64,000 nt of DNA from Squalus acanthias (taxonomy: Eukaryota): positions 87,048,001 to 87,112,000 of the forward strand of contig CM059437.1 in NCBI GenBank assembly GCA_030390025.1, given 5' to 3'. The notes beneath the pieces are model-generated. The model did no database searches. It saw only the letters and a program-made list of their open reading frames with translations, and was not told where the DNA came from. The translations under genes were made by a program, and so were the position numbers. This document shows, piece by piece, positions 12,361 through 24,939 of this stretch. Within the stretch, counting starts at the first letter, position 1. Every line of letters starts with the position of its first letter.

Positions 12361-13459
12361 CATGAGGAGAGAGCAGGTTAGCAAGATTAATTTTGATTGC
12401 TCTCGCAAAGAGCTGGCGTAGACACAACATGGCCAAACGGTCATCTCCTGCAAGCTTCTAAAAGAGGGGAAAGGACTGCTCTTTCCTCCACCAGGCATTA
12501 CTCTAAAAACCAGCCCAGGGCATAACAAGGTGCCATCTCACCCCAAAGAAAGCTGATGGTGCATTGGGTGGGCCTGACCAGAAGCAATCCCACCGCTCAG
12601 TTTTCCGGGAGGGAAGCATGCAGCCGGGTCAGGGGTGCACACTGCATTAGCAAAGAAAAATCGACGACTGACGACCCAGAAAGGCTGAGGATCAGACAGC
12701 CACAGCTGTCTGATCGCAATAATCAGAAATTCTCTTTGCCACACCAAATAAAAGCCCGAGACAAATGAAAATTCATTTCCCGTCAAAATTGTTCGTTTAT
12801 TTTTTACGATCAGTCTTAAACAAGAATTCATTTGTAATCTCCCAGAGTCCTTAGCTGTTATTGCCTCGCTGGAGATTTACTAGTGTTTATTTAAATTAAA
12901 TTCATTTTGCTGGTTTTTGCTCTGGAGTGCTGTAAGGGCCACCTTGATCATTATTCCCCACCAGCCGCGCTCGGACCCACCATCAGTTAATGGGCCCGAG
13001 CTTCTGCACAAAATAGCAGGTGCACTCATTTGATTTTCTGTTTTAATCTTTTGCACAAAAGTAAATTGGTGCGCAGGGCGATGAATGTTAGCGCGAGGGC
13101 ACGGAATGTTTGGCCACCCAGGTCAGGTACAGCACAGTTAGACACCAAGTAAAGTTCCCTCTACTTATCGTGCCCTCAGCGCTGTGCCTCGGCCAACACT
13201 CAGATCACCTCCGACAGTCCCAGGGCCACATCTTTCCATTTCTCATTCCAGCCATCCTGTGCCCACTGAGCAAGAGGCACAGCATAGTCCGAAAAATTAG
13301 GGACGTTAGCTGCAAGATCACAACTGGAACTGGATTGAGTTTTAAAAGAAGGGGGAAATTTAAAATATTTTAAATGTTAAACTAGATAGCATAGTAAATG
13401 TAAAAATTGCAAGGATTGAATAGTGTGTTGCATAGAAAGAACGGTTTGCAAGGACTGAA

Positions 13460-13645
13460 CGCTCCGCCTCTCTTCCTTTAAGACGCTCCTTAAAACCTCC
13501 CTCTTTGATCAAGCTTTTGTTAATCTGTCCTAATATCACCTTATGTGGCTCGGTGTCAAATTTTGTTTCATAATCACTCCTTGCAGCGCCTTGGGACATT
13601 TTACTACATTAAAGGCACTACATAAATGCAAGTTGTTGTTGTTGA
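13460..13645 (+). mobile_element. L2 LINE 3' end
   Basis: ttaagacgctccttaaaacc...gcgccttgggacattttactacattaaaggcac with a (gtt)n tail. Confidence 0.8.
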
Positions 13646-13798
13646 ACAGCATGTTACACAGGGGAGCTGTATGGACTGGACTGTGTTACACAGGGCCAGC
13701 TCTTTAGACTAACGCATTCTGGGTGCTGTTTCAAACCGATCCACTTGTACCTCCTCTCCAAAATGGTGCGCTGCATCGGAGGAGCTGCACCTCACAGA

Positions 13799-13920
13799 CC
13801 AATACACAGCGAGCGCTGTCCCACACAGTCCAATACACAGCGAGCGCTGTCCCACACAGTCCAATACACAGCGAGCGCTGTCCCACACAGTCCAATACAC
13901 AGCGAGCTGTCCAAAACAGT
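13799..13920. repeat. 31-bp tandem repeat, 3 perfect copies plus 1 degenerate
   Basis: Unit ccaatacacagcgagcgctgtcccacacagt. Confidence 0.95.
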
Positions 13921-14859
13921 GCAGAATATTTGTGCGGTTTAACCATTGTAACACGGCACAAAAACACAACAACAACATTTCAAGAAATGGTAATTTGTTG
14001 TTGTATACTTTATTTCCTCAACAGCCTGTCATTGCTGCTCACAGTGGAGCAGTCCTTCTCCAAGAGTATGTCCTTGCCACTGGGGATCAGTCATTTTCTC
14101 GTTCATTCACACTTAGCCTCCTCTCAGCCAGTCGTGCCATATGTCCCTGCAAAGGACAAGGCTTTTAATAATCAACTGTGACAGGACAATTCACACATTT
14201 TCACTGGACTCACACGTGTGACTCTTGGTTCTGCCTCTCTCAAGCTCTGGCTTGTGTCAGTTGATATGAAAAGGTTGACTAAACAGCAATCTCAACATCG
14301 TTTCAGTCTAGTAATTTTGAAGTTGCAGTTTTTTTCAGTTTATTATTTTTTTTTCAATTTTCTCCCCTCCGCTCCTGAAGCCGTCGGCTCTGGCTCGGGT
14401 ACGGTTAGGTGGATTTTTGGCAAATTCCCAGGACCCTGTCCAAGTGCCCGTTCTTTAGTGTGTGGTCTGTCCCGCCGTGGGGAAGCCTTTCACAGTTCCT
14501 CCGATCCTTTTCTTGCTGACACCCACACCAACGCATCACTGGGTAGTTAGTAGGAATGGGAACTCTGGTTGATTTTTACTTCCCTAAGCTGGGAATGCTG
14601 AAACATAGAAACATAGAAAAATAGGAGCAGGAGTAGGCCATTCGGCCCTTCGAGCCTGCTCCGCCATTCAATATGATCATGGCTGATCCTCTATCTCAAT
14701 ACCATATTCCCGCTCTCTCCCCATACCCCTTGATGCCTTTTGTGTCTGAAGTTAACTGTAGCACTCCAACTACCATTCCAATTGAAACATGCTAACAAAG
14801 CGACTGGGAGCATTCACACCTGCCATTTCCTGCTCTGTAGGGGCTCAATACAATTTTTT

Positions 14860-16180
14860 TTTTATTCGTTCATGGGATGTGGACGTCACTGGCAAGGCCG
14901 GCATTTATTGCCCGTCCTTAATTGCCCCTTGAGAAGGTGGTGGTGAGCCGCCTTCTTGAACTGCTGCAGTCCGTGTGGTGAAGGTACTCCCCCAGTGCTG
15001 TTAGGGAGGGAGTTCCAGGATTTTGACCCAGCGACGATGAAGGATCGGCGATATATTTCCAAGTCAACAACAACAACTTGTATTTATGTAGCACCTTTAA
15101 CGTAGCAAAATGTCCCAAGGCGCTTCACAAGACAAAATATTTGACTCCGAGCCACGTAAGGATAAATTAGGGCAGGCGCTTGGTCAAAGAGGTAGGTTTT
15201 AAGGAGCGTCTTAAAGGAGGAAAGAGAGGTAGAGAGGCGGACAGATTTAGGCAGGGAATTCCAGAGCTTAGGGCCTCGGCAACAGAAGGCACGGCCACCA
15301 AAGGTTGAGCGATTATAATCAGGGATCCTCAAGAGGGCAGAATTAGAGGAGCGCAGATATCTCGGGGGGTTGTGGGGCTGAAGGAGATTACAAAGATAGT
15401 CAGGATGGTGTGTGACTTGGAGGGGAACTTGGAGTTGTTGGTGGTCCCATACGCCTGCTGCCCTTGTCTTTCTAGGTGGAAGAGGTCGCGGGTTTGGGAG
15501 GTGCTGCCGAAGAAGCCTTGGCGAGTTGCTGCAGTGCATCTTGTAGATGGTACACACTGCAGCCACGGTACGCCGGTGGTGGAGGGAGTGAATGTTTAAG
15601 GTGGTGGATGGGGTGCCAATCAAGCGGGCTGCTTTGTCCTGGATGGTGTCTAACTTCTTGAGTGTTGTTGGGCATATACAGGGCATTGGTGAGGCCACAC
15701 CTGGAGTACTGTGTACAGTTCTGGTCTCCTTACCTAAGGAAAGACATACTTGCCTTAGAGGGAGTGCAACGAAGGTTCACTAGACTGGTTCCTGGGATGA
15801 GGGGATTGCCCTATGCGGAGAGATTGAGTAGACTAGGCCTATATTCCCTAGAGTTTAGAACAATGAGAGGTGATCTAATTGAAACATATAAAATTCTTAA
15901 GGGGCTTGACAGGGTTAATGCTGGGAAAATGTTTCCCCTGGCTGGGGAGTCTAGAACACGGGGTCACAGTCTCAGAATAAGGTGTAGGCCATTTAGGACT
16001 GAGATGAGGAGACATTTCTTCACTCAAAGGGTTGTGAATCTTTGGAATTCTCTACCCCAGGGAGCTGTGGATGCTCAGTCGTTGAGTATATTCAAGATAG
16101 AGATCAATAAATTTTTGTGAACTGTGGGAATTAAGGGATATGGAGATAGTGCGAGAAGGTGGAGTTGAGGTAGAAGATCA
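14860..16180. mobile_element. Nested LINE cluster: LINE family B 3' end (minus, 14860-15671), L2 3' end inside it (minus, about 15066-15397), then CR1 3' part (plus, 15672-16180)
   Basis: Junctions ccaagtca|acaacaac and aaagat|agtcaggatgg; CR1 peptide YRALVRPHLEYCVQFWSPYLRKD. Confidence 0.85.
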
Positions 16181-17477
16181 GATTACTGGGAAATGAGCAG
16201 AAATTGCAACCACGGAACCGTTCTGTTCAGAGTAAGCAAATTTTACAAATATACTCTGATCATATAGAGGAAAGCTGGGGAGTATTGGGGAGGAGGAGCG
16301 AGGGGGAAGAGTGTGCTGGCAGGAATCAGTGGGGAAGAGAATTAGAAAAAATGCTTGGAAATGTTGGGAGGCGAGAGACGAGAGAGATGGGAAAACGTGT
16401 GAGAGAGAAAAGAAAGAGAAAGATAGTAGGAGGTTATGAGAGAGAGAGAGAGAGAAAATATTCTTAAGGAATTTATAAGTGTAGAAGCAGTCACTTTCCC
16501 ACATAAATATGCCCGTGGCATTTTTAATATCAATAATTACAAATATTTACATTGTAAAAATTATATTTTTAATGTAAAGAGGGCTGCTGCCATTTACTTA
16601 AGAGAATTCATGGCAATGACGTTTATAATGGGGAAGCGAGTGTGAAGCTTTCCGACCTAATGAGCCGCAATCACACTGACAATCAGCTGTCTCTTCTGCT
16701 CTGTTTTTAAGTAGACAGTATTTTACCCCCCTGAACAAAAAAAATCAGTGGGAATGGAGAAGGGGAAAGGATTTTAAAGCTAGCCACAATTCTTTTGAAA
16801 GATTATACATTTAAAAAAAATTCCGATAGTGGGACTCACTTATTAAAGCAGGTTTACGTTCATTAAATTGTGAAATTCATCATTTAAATTTGAACATCTG
16901 CGCCCTTGTGAGGTACGGTGAGAAGGCAGCTAGGTTGTGCTAATCTATGAAAAATAGGATAGGAATATTGGTCCTAGGCCTTTTTCTGTTCCCAGTTTTT
17001 TTTTATGGCTTTAAGATTACGCTGTATGGAGATTAGCATAAAGATATGTTCAATTTAATTTCTTAGTCTGCTATTTTAACGAAGACATTGGCCCGTTTTT
17101 TGCCGGGGTAATGAGGGCGAACTGTCAGCGTTCGCCCTCATTACCCCTCTGAAGCTGACCGCGACTTCATGATTTGGCGCATGCGCAATATACACGGAAA
17201 TCCTGAAGTTGCGGTCTGTCATTCACTGCTCTGACACTGGCTGCGCTGTGTCCGCACCCTCCCCCCCCCCGCACCAACATAGCCGGCAATCAGTGAAATC
17301 AGTGGAACTAACAAAAACTTGTGGTTTTCCGTGCTAAACTTTCATGGCTCTTGCAAGCTTTTGCAGGTCCCCCGTTTAACAATAAAAATATGGAGCTGGA
17401 TTCCCTCGCTTGTAGCTGGTGGCAATGGATCTTCCTGAGCAAAATAAGCAAAGGGCAACTGCAAACTGAAACTCAAA

Positions 17478-18035
17478 GGGGGAAAAATTGGGTTGCATTG
17501 CGCCTCCGTTAGCGCCCCCGGGAGGCACTAACGGGGCGCAAAGCCCCTAGCGCCCGGGCGCGGCGCCGCTATCGCCTCCCGCAAAATTCAGCGGGAGGTT
17601 AGCAGTGGCAGTAGTTTGCGCCCCACTCGCGCCCCGGCCGCAAACTAAAGGGCAGGTGTCGGGCGGCCATTTTTTTGGGGCCGACTGCCAACACCTGCCC
17701 CCTTCCCCTTTTTTAGTCGGGGCGCCGGCCGCAATCGCTCAGCCCGGCACCCCTCCTGAGTGCCGAGCTCTTTTGCCGGCACCCCACTCCCGGTCCAGCA
17801 TAGCCCTGGTGTGCACAGTGATAGGCCCCTCCCCTTTAATCAGGGGCACGTGGCGCTGTTGCACGTAGCGCTGCGATATTCACTTGTAGCGCCCCAGGAA
17901 GGAGGTGGAGCGCTTACAGTAGCGCCCCGCCTCCTGCTAGGGGCGCTACCACTGAATTTACGGCACGGGGGCACAAACTTTTAGCGCCCCGGCGAAGTTA
18001 GCGCCCCAAAGGGGGCGCCTCCGAATTTCTCCCCC
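17478..18035. mobile_element. GC-rich Harbinger-type MITE
   Basis: TIR gggggaaaaatt / aatttctccccc; aaa on both flanks; many internal gcgcccc repeats. Confidence 0.75.
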
Positions 18036-18074
18036 AAAAGGTCTCTGTTTGAGTGTTGCCCCCGAGGACCCATT

Positions 18075-18380
18075 TTATTTAGTTTCAGAAATATACTTTA
18101 CTCATAAAATTTGTAAAGTTACATTCAGTACAATCCAAATGTCACAATTCAGATAATATAATACAGATCATACAGGCTATTACATTTACATTTGCAACAC
18201 ATTACATTGAAACATTTCCCTCATACATTCAGGCCGAGGGGTTTTACACTGGTTCCAGCACTTTGGTGTACTATGGCGGAACGGCCCTGAACTGTGGCCT
18301 CTCCCCATTGAGCTTATGCGGCGGGTGCACCAAGTTTCAGTGCGTCCCTCGCCACGTAGTCCTGGACCTTGGAATGTCCC
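18075..18380 (-). mobile_element. Tx1/L1-like LINE 3' end
   Basis: Minus translation HSKVQDYVARDALKLGAPAA*AQWGEATV followed by an AT-rich 3' UTR; clade assignment from recall. Confidence 0.6.
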
Positions 18381-19102
18381 CGAGAACCCATTAGTGAGTC
18401 TAAAAGCACCTCCCAATGTTGTTTAAAGAGTGAGACCTGATGATATCATTGAGGTACTGGCTTGGAGAGGCTACTAATTCTGATGGAACTGAATGAATAT
18501 TAATCAATAATAACATTAATTCCTCTGTACGATAAAACATTCAGCAAAGGTGAATAAACTCACTTAACAAAGCAGCGACCAGCAATGAGCTCAGTAGTGA
18601 TTCCAGGTTTTAGATGTGTAAGAGCACATGAAATATTGACCAGGGCTTTCAATCGGCTGAAGAAACACTCGGTAAAGGTTGGTTTCAGGCAATAAAAAAC
18701 TTGCACATTTTTTTTTTACAAAAACAGGCTCCCACATCCAACATGGACAAGTGCGAGGCTGGAGAAAGGATGAACGGGTAAATGGAAGCTTCTAAAATCT
18801 AAACTGAGGAGAGTAAGCAAGTTAGGATTGATTCAGTTAAGTAGAAAACGTGTTTTATAAAAATATAAAAATTGATAGAGATTAGGGGAAATTAGGGACA
18901 ACTGGGCAAGCAGAATTGTCTTATTTTTTTTAGTTAAAATGGTGTGTTTATTATTTGTTTCAGTAGTTTAAGGCTAACATGCAGTTATAGCGCTAATGTT
19001 GAGTAGCTTTATTAGTTTATTTCGGCGACAGTGTGTGAGGCGACAGCAAAGCAAACGAGCTGAGCCAGAGAGACAGGAATTCCCCCGACTTGTCGGCATT
19101 AA

Positions 19103-19468
19103 ACATAGAAACATAGAAGATAGGAGCAGGAGTAGGCCATTCGGCCCCTCGAGCCTGCTCCGCCATTTAATGAGATCATGGCTGATCATCCAAATTCAGT
19201 ACCCTGTCTCTGCTTTCTCCCCATATCCCTTGATCCCTTTAGCCTTAAGAAATATATCCAACTCCTTCTTGAATATATTTAATGAATTGGCCTCAACTGC
19301 CTTCTGTGGTAGAGAATTCCACAGGTTCACCACTCTCTGGGTGAAGAAATTCCTCCTCATCTCAGTCCTAAATGGCTTACCCCTTATCCTTAGACTGTGA
19401 CCCCTGGTTCTGGACTCCACCGCCATCGGGAACATCCTTCCTGCATCTTGTCTGTCTAGTCCTGTAAG
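19103..19468 (-). mobile_element. CR1 3' end
   Basis: ESRTRGHSLRIRGKPFRTEMRRNFFTQRVVNLWNSLP and a (ttctatgt)n tail. Confidence 0.9.
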
Positions 19469-20023
19469 GGTTAATTGACTTTTCTCACACCTTTACCAAG
19501 TAGATTCTCCCTCTTCCCCCCTCCCTGAATAAGGTCACTGACACGGAAGAGACACCACTTTCCTGGAAGGATATATTAGGAAACATTTTTAAGTGGGGAA
19601 TGGGGACAAGCAGTTGTGTGTCATTTTTGTCGTGATGGTGTCACACATTCATGAGGTTGGCTGACAATTGTCTTCAGTGGCCCCTGGGCTAGGGAGGAGA
19701 AAAGCAAATAGTGGCTCCTCTTGCCTGCTTATTATCCAGTGGCCTCTTTTGGTAGGAGCGCATGTGGATATCAAGTGAGGACAGGGCCGGGCTCAGCTAT
19801 GACCATCAACCATGGTTAAATAGCCCGCCAACACTCACTGCCTAAGCTCAAGACAAAAATTGGCCAGTTAGACAATAAATATAAGATAGTCACAAATAAA
19901 TCCAATAAAGATTTCAGGAGAAACCTCTTTACTCAGAGAGTGGTTAGAACATAAGAATTAGGAGCAGGAGTCGGCCATCCGGCCCCTTGAGCCTGCTCCG
20001 CCATTCAATAAGATCATTGCTGA

Positions 20024-20334
20024 GCCAACTTTTATTTCTTAACTTGTCCCATTACCATCCCCTTTTGCCTTGCACCATCATCCCTTTTGTCTCTTAATAT
20101 CTCCTGCCTTCCATCCTATCACAGACCTTCCCTTTTGGTCCCCCCCTCTCCCCCCTCTGCACTTGCTTAAAAACCTGTTCCATCGCCAGCTTTTTCCAGT
20201 TCTGACGAAGGGTCATCGATCTGAAACGTTAACTCTGTTTCTCTCTCTCCACAGATGCTGCCTGACCTGCTGAGTATTTCCAGCATTTTCTGTTTTTATT
20301 TCAGATTTCCAGCATCCGCAGTATTTTGCTTTTG
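20024..20334 (+). mobile_element. Short Penelope-like element with hammerhead core and 15-bp TSD, nested in a CR1 tail that is nested in another CR1 (19880-20655)
   Basis: TSD taagatcattgctga at 20009-20023 and 20335-20349; 20197-20237 reads cagtt CTGACGA A GGGTC atc GATCT GAAA CGTT aactctg. Confidence 0.85.
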
Positions 20335-21474
20335 TAAGATCATTGCTGATCTTCGACCTCAACTCCACTTTCCCACCCTATCTCCATATCCCTTGATTCC
20401 TTTAGTACCCAAAAAATGAATGAATATTAGAATGTGGAACTTGCTACCTCATGAAGTGGTTGAGGCGAACAGCACAGATGCCTTTAAGGGGAAGCTAGAT
20501 ATGTACATGAGGGAGAAAGGAATGGAAGGATATGCAGATAGGGTGAGATGAAGTAGGCATGGGAGAAGACCCGTGTGCAGTGTAAACACCGGCATGGACC
20601 AGTTGCGCCGACGGGCCTGTCTCTATGCTGTAAATTCTATGTAATTCTATGTAAGGCAAGGTGCTGGAGGGGACCAGTGCCATGGAGTTGTAGCCCAGCA
20701 TGAGACAGTGTCTTCAGGAGGAGAAAAAAACGGAGACAGAATTGGGGGGGGGGGTGGAAATAAGCACAAAAATGTTTCATGGCAAGGCAGTGTCTCTTTA
20801 AAAAGGATTCTGAAAGAGGGACCTTTTTATTTAAAAAAAAAACCCTTCCTATTACACTACCTCTTTAAGAAGGAAATCCTTTTGCTCCACTGTCTGAGGC
20901 ATCTTGTCAGCACAGCTCTTGCTCCGCGCTGTCTTGGCAATTCAGCTTTCTATTGGAATTTAATTATGACCACACTTTTCGTATTTAAATGGCAAGCGAG
21001 GGGAAAAAGCAGTTGTGACGGGTTCATTTGAAGCTTTCTTTCCCCTAAGAGGGACAGATGGTATTTTCTGTCAATGTCAGCGCAAGGCTCTTTCTGCTCT
21101 GATGAATAGAGCCTAAAGAGCCAGTGACATTATTCCAGATAACAGAGGGGACATGAAAAGGGGTCAAGGAGAGAGAGAAAATGTCAGGCCTGCGCAGAGA
21201 TAAAAAAAAAAAGAAATCGTCGCCAATTGTCTGCGTGATACAACTGAACAGTCGCCCAAGTCCTTGGGAGACAAACACTTTCCGAGGGAGTTTGAAATTT
21301 TAATGGGTGGATTAAGGCAAAATAAACAGATTAAATGACGAAGGCTGAGGGAGAAGTGACTTTGCAACTGCTTTTCTCTGGCAACGGAATGAAAACTTTC
21401 TTTGATCCAGCATGGTTCAGTTAAGGTGCACGGAATACGGCCCTTTCAATGAAACTTTTTTTTAAATTCCAGTT

Positions 21475-21935
21475 TTCACCCTTCCGCCCCTCTGCTGCTG
21501 AAACCCTCATCCATGCCTTTGTTACCTCCAGACTCGACTATTCCAATATTCCCCAGGCCAGCTTCCCATCTTCCACCCTCCATTATCTTCAGCTCATTCA
21601 AAACTCTGCTGCCCCCTGTCCTAACGCGCACCAAGTCCCGCTCACCCATCACCCCTGTGCTCGCTGACCTGCATTGGCTCCCGGTCCGCCAACAACTTGA
21701 TTAAAAAATTCTAATCCTAATGTTCAAATCCCTCCGTGGCCGCGCCCCTCCCTCTCTCTGTAACCTCCTACAGTCCTACAACCCTCCGAGGACACTACAT
21801 TTTCCAACTCTGGCCTCTTGTGCATCCCCCCCACTTCCTTCGCCCCACCATTGGTGGCCGTGCCTTCAGCTATCTAGGGCCTAAGCTCTGGAATTCCCTC
21901 CCTGAACCGCTCCACCTCTCCACCCCTCTCTCTCC
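21475..21935 (+). mobile_element. L2 LINE RT C-terminal fragment
   Basis: AAETLIHAFVTSRLDYSN, ITPVLADLHWLPV, GGRAFSYLGPKLWNSLP. Confidence 0.9.
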
Positions 21936-23012
21936 TTTGGGAGAGAAAGAAATAATCAGTTTCCACTCTGTGTTTCCTCGATGGTGATACAGACAATATC
22001 AGAAACTCAACATCTGGAAATTGCCATTGTTGCCTCAATATATCCTGTACTTCAAAGGTAATTCATTGTGTGAAACACTTTGAGATGCTTTACATAAATG
22101 TATTCATTTAGATGTGTGTTTATAAATCCATCTCTCACGAGCACCCCCCGCAGCCCCCCCCACCCCCCGCCCCCACCACAATCACCATGTAAATTTGGCA
22201 TTTTGTTGGATGGGGTCAATTATTTAATCATTTTCCTCTCCTCTGTTCCAGCCTCCCCATGCCACGCACCAGAGGTCCAGACAAGTAACAGGCTCCCAGG
22301 GCTCTACCAAGGCCAGCCTATAACCAGCCCAGAGGCACTGCACGATTAACTAAGGAGTGGTTTGAGTCACTTCCCTATACCCTCCTCATTCCTGCGGGAA
22401 AGCACTGCGCTGTTCTGAGTGCAGATGCAAGATCAGGAACGCATCGCATGGGGGAAAATCATGGGCACAGCACCTGCTGAAATTTGGCTTTGAATTTTTT
22501 TTGACACAGCGTTGTGTAAGTGTTTACATACCAAAGAAATGTGGGGTCAGCAAGTGAAAGCTCCGACTGTTTTTCAATTGGAGCGAGTTTGACGCCTATT
22601 GAGATGTAACAGAAACACTGGTGTTTATTTGTAGCAAAACAAATGTACCAACCCCTTACTTTTCTACTGATGGCTCCTATGTGTCCTGCTGTGAAAATGT
22701 TTAGTTTTCGACTTTCACTCGACATTCACCAAGACCTGAAATCAGCCCTTCTACTGAAAGATGCTTTTGTTTATTTGGGGAACATAGGAAATGCAAAGCA
22801 AGCTACTTTTTTTCCCAATAATATTGAGAAATCTAAGTAAATAAAAACAAAATGCAAAAACACCAACGTTAAAAAGACAGGAGAAGTAGGCAAAATAAGT
22901 TAGGGAAATAGTAGATAAATTATACCAATCGCTTGTGGGCAACCGACAGTCAGCTCTCTACTACCCAACTCATCGGCAGATCTCTCCTACCCTGTATACA
23001 TGTCTACTCTTA

Positions 23013-23280
23013 GGCGAAGCCTACCCCATGGAGGCGGCGTTCTTCTTCAGGTTTGCCTTTCCAGAAGAAGGTGTAGCCACCGCCTTGCTCCTTGAGCTGG
23101 CCTTCCCCTGCCCGCTGGGTCTCACTTAGGGCGGCGATGTCAATGTCGAAACGTCTGAGCTCCCGGGCAACGATAGCAGTACAGCGTTCCGGTCTGTCAC
23201 TGTTGGGGTTGTCCATGAGGGGACTGACGTTCCAGGTCTCAAACTTCATTTTAAAGGGTGGAAGATGCCTGTGCGTGAAT
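23013..23280 (-). mobile_element. RTE (BovB-like) LINE endonuclease N-terminal fragment
   Basis: TWNV...RPERCTAIVARELRRFDIDIAALSETQRAGEGQLKEQGGGYTFFWKG...HGVGFA. Confidence 0.9.
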
Positions 23281-24939
23281 GTCTACTATTCTGCACATAG
23301 CTCCCACCATCTATCGACTATCCTGTCTACAACTTACTGACAGCCGTATATTATTATATGCAACTCCGTTGAATGCCAACCTACGTGCAATGCACGGTCA
23401 GTAGTCCTTTAACCTGCATGCAACCCACTACAACGTATCCATTACTCAACATATCTTGTACCCAAGTCACCGCCAGCAATCTGTTACACCGTGTATTGGA
23501 AGCATATCTAGAAATAAACACTCTGTAGTTGCTGTGTGAATATAAAAATGCAAGCACTGAAGCCCACAAGAGATGTACTATCAGGATGGTTCACTTGGTG
23601 AGGGCAACGTGTAACCGTGCCACACAGACCAGGTCGTCAAAGGTTTGATTCTTGGTCTATGCTGAGTTCGTTGAAAGTTGGATCGCAGAAGGGGCACTGG
23701 AGCTGAACTTAGGGTAGGGAGACAGAGAGAGACAAAAACAATAGCCAGGGTTTCCTATTCCAGATTCAGTGACTTATCCTGGAAAGCATCGGTGTGTCAA
23801 CATCAGGTGAGGAGGTAATCTGACTGCTGTGATGCCTGCCATAGTCAAACGGCCTGTTGATACGCAAAGTCTGGGTTCACATATGAAAGGTACGCTTGAG
23901 CCAAGTAGCAGACGGCTCCTGGCAGCTATTGAACTGTATCCTGGCACCTTGAGAAGAGGAGGGGAGGAAACGGCAGGGATAAAAGAAATGCACACAAAAG
24001 TATTGCGTGCTCCCAAAGGGTTAACAAACATCAGCCTCACAGAACAATTTTTTTTTAAACGCAGTTACTGAACAAATTCAGTTTGATTGCTACAATGTAA
24101 TCTTTTCTCAGAAGCTCATGAATAAAGATAACGGCTGATTTAAGTGTCGCTGCTGTCATTTCCTTTGAGAAAATTTATTTGAGATAACATAAGCAGGCTG
24201 ACAAAGCTGGGAATAAGTTAAAAGAGAACGAGCTGCATGTTTGCAGGTTGATGGGTTTAAAATCCAACCCTTGCAGGTCAACACAAACAATGGGGGGGAA
24301 AATGCATCTTGAATTAAATATATTCATCACAATATTTACTTGCTGGTAACCTTTTCTTTCCCCATAAACTTTATACAGTTGCAATTTGTAACCTGATTTA
24401 TTGTATCAAAGGTGTTTGTAGAGGAAATAGTCCTTCTTGCCCAGAGGCCACAATTCAGAAATCAAATGACTTTACTGCTTGGGAATTGTATTATCAGAAG
24501 GACCCATAGTTCCTGACTTCACAGAGCAATGACTACACAAACATTATAAAAGACAAAGCGTGACCGTAATTATTCGCACAACCCTCCTCTTCAAAATAAA
24601 AGACTCTAATGATTTTCCCTTTGCCGCCTAGTTCTTCACATTTCTCTAACATAATTAACGCCTAGGTTTTAAACTGTGTGAAAAGTCACCCATAATTGTC
24701 ATTTTTTTTGACACCGGTGCAAACAGTATTGTTTTGGAGTGAGGGTGGAGATTTTATTTTGAAGTTTGCTCCCTTTCATTTTCAGGCCCTCCTCTCTGCC
24801 TGAAGCCACTGATTTGTGCTGAGGAATAGTTCCAAGGGGCTTGGTGGAACCTCATCCAAGTCACCATTCATCGCGCGAAAGCCTCGCCAGTAAGTGGCAA
24901 CCAGCTATTTGACCACAATAGGGCATCACAGCCAAGCCC

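Noticed and set aside
13799-13920. CRISPR-like array
   Set aside because: Units are directly abutting with no unique spacers; eukaryotic context and no cas genes.
15084-15698. 204-aa ORF as a novel gene
   Set aside because: Chance in-frame fusion of nested LINE family B and L2 fragments.
17478-18035. CpG-island promoter
   Set aside because: GC richness is confined between the TIRs of a MITE.
22659-22735. Coding exon on minus (ttcag|GTCTTG...AAAA|gtaagg)
   Set aside because: Stops in all three frames; at most non-coding.
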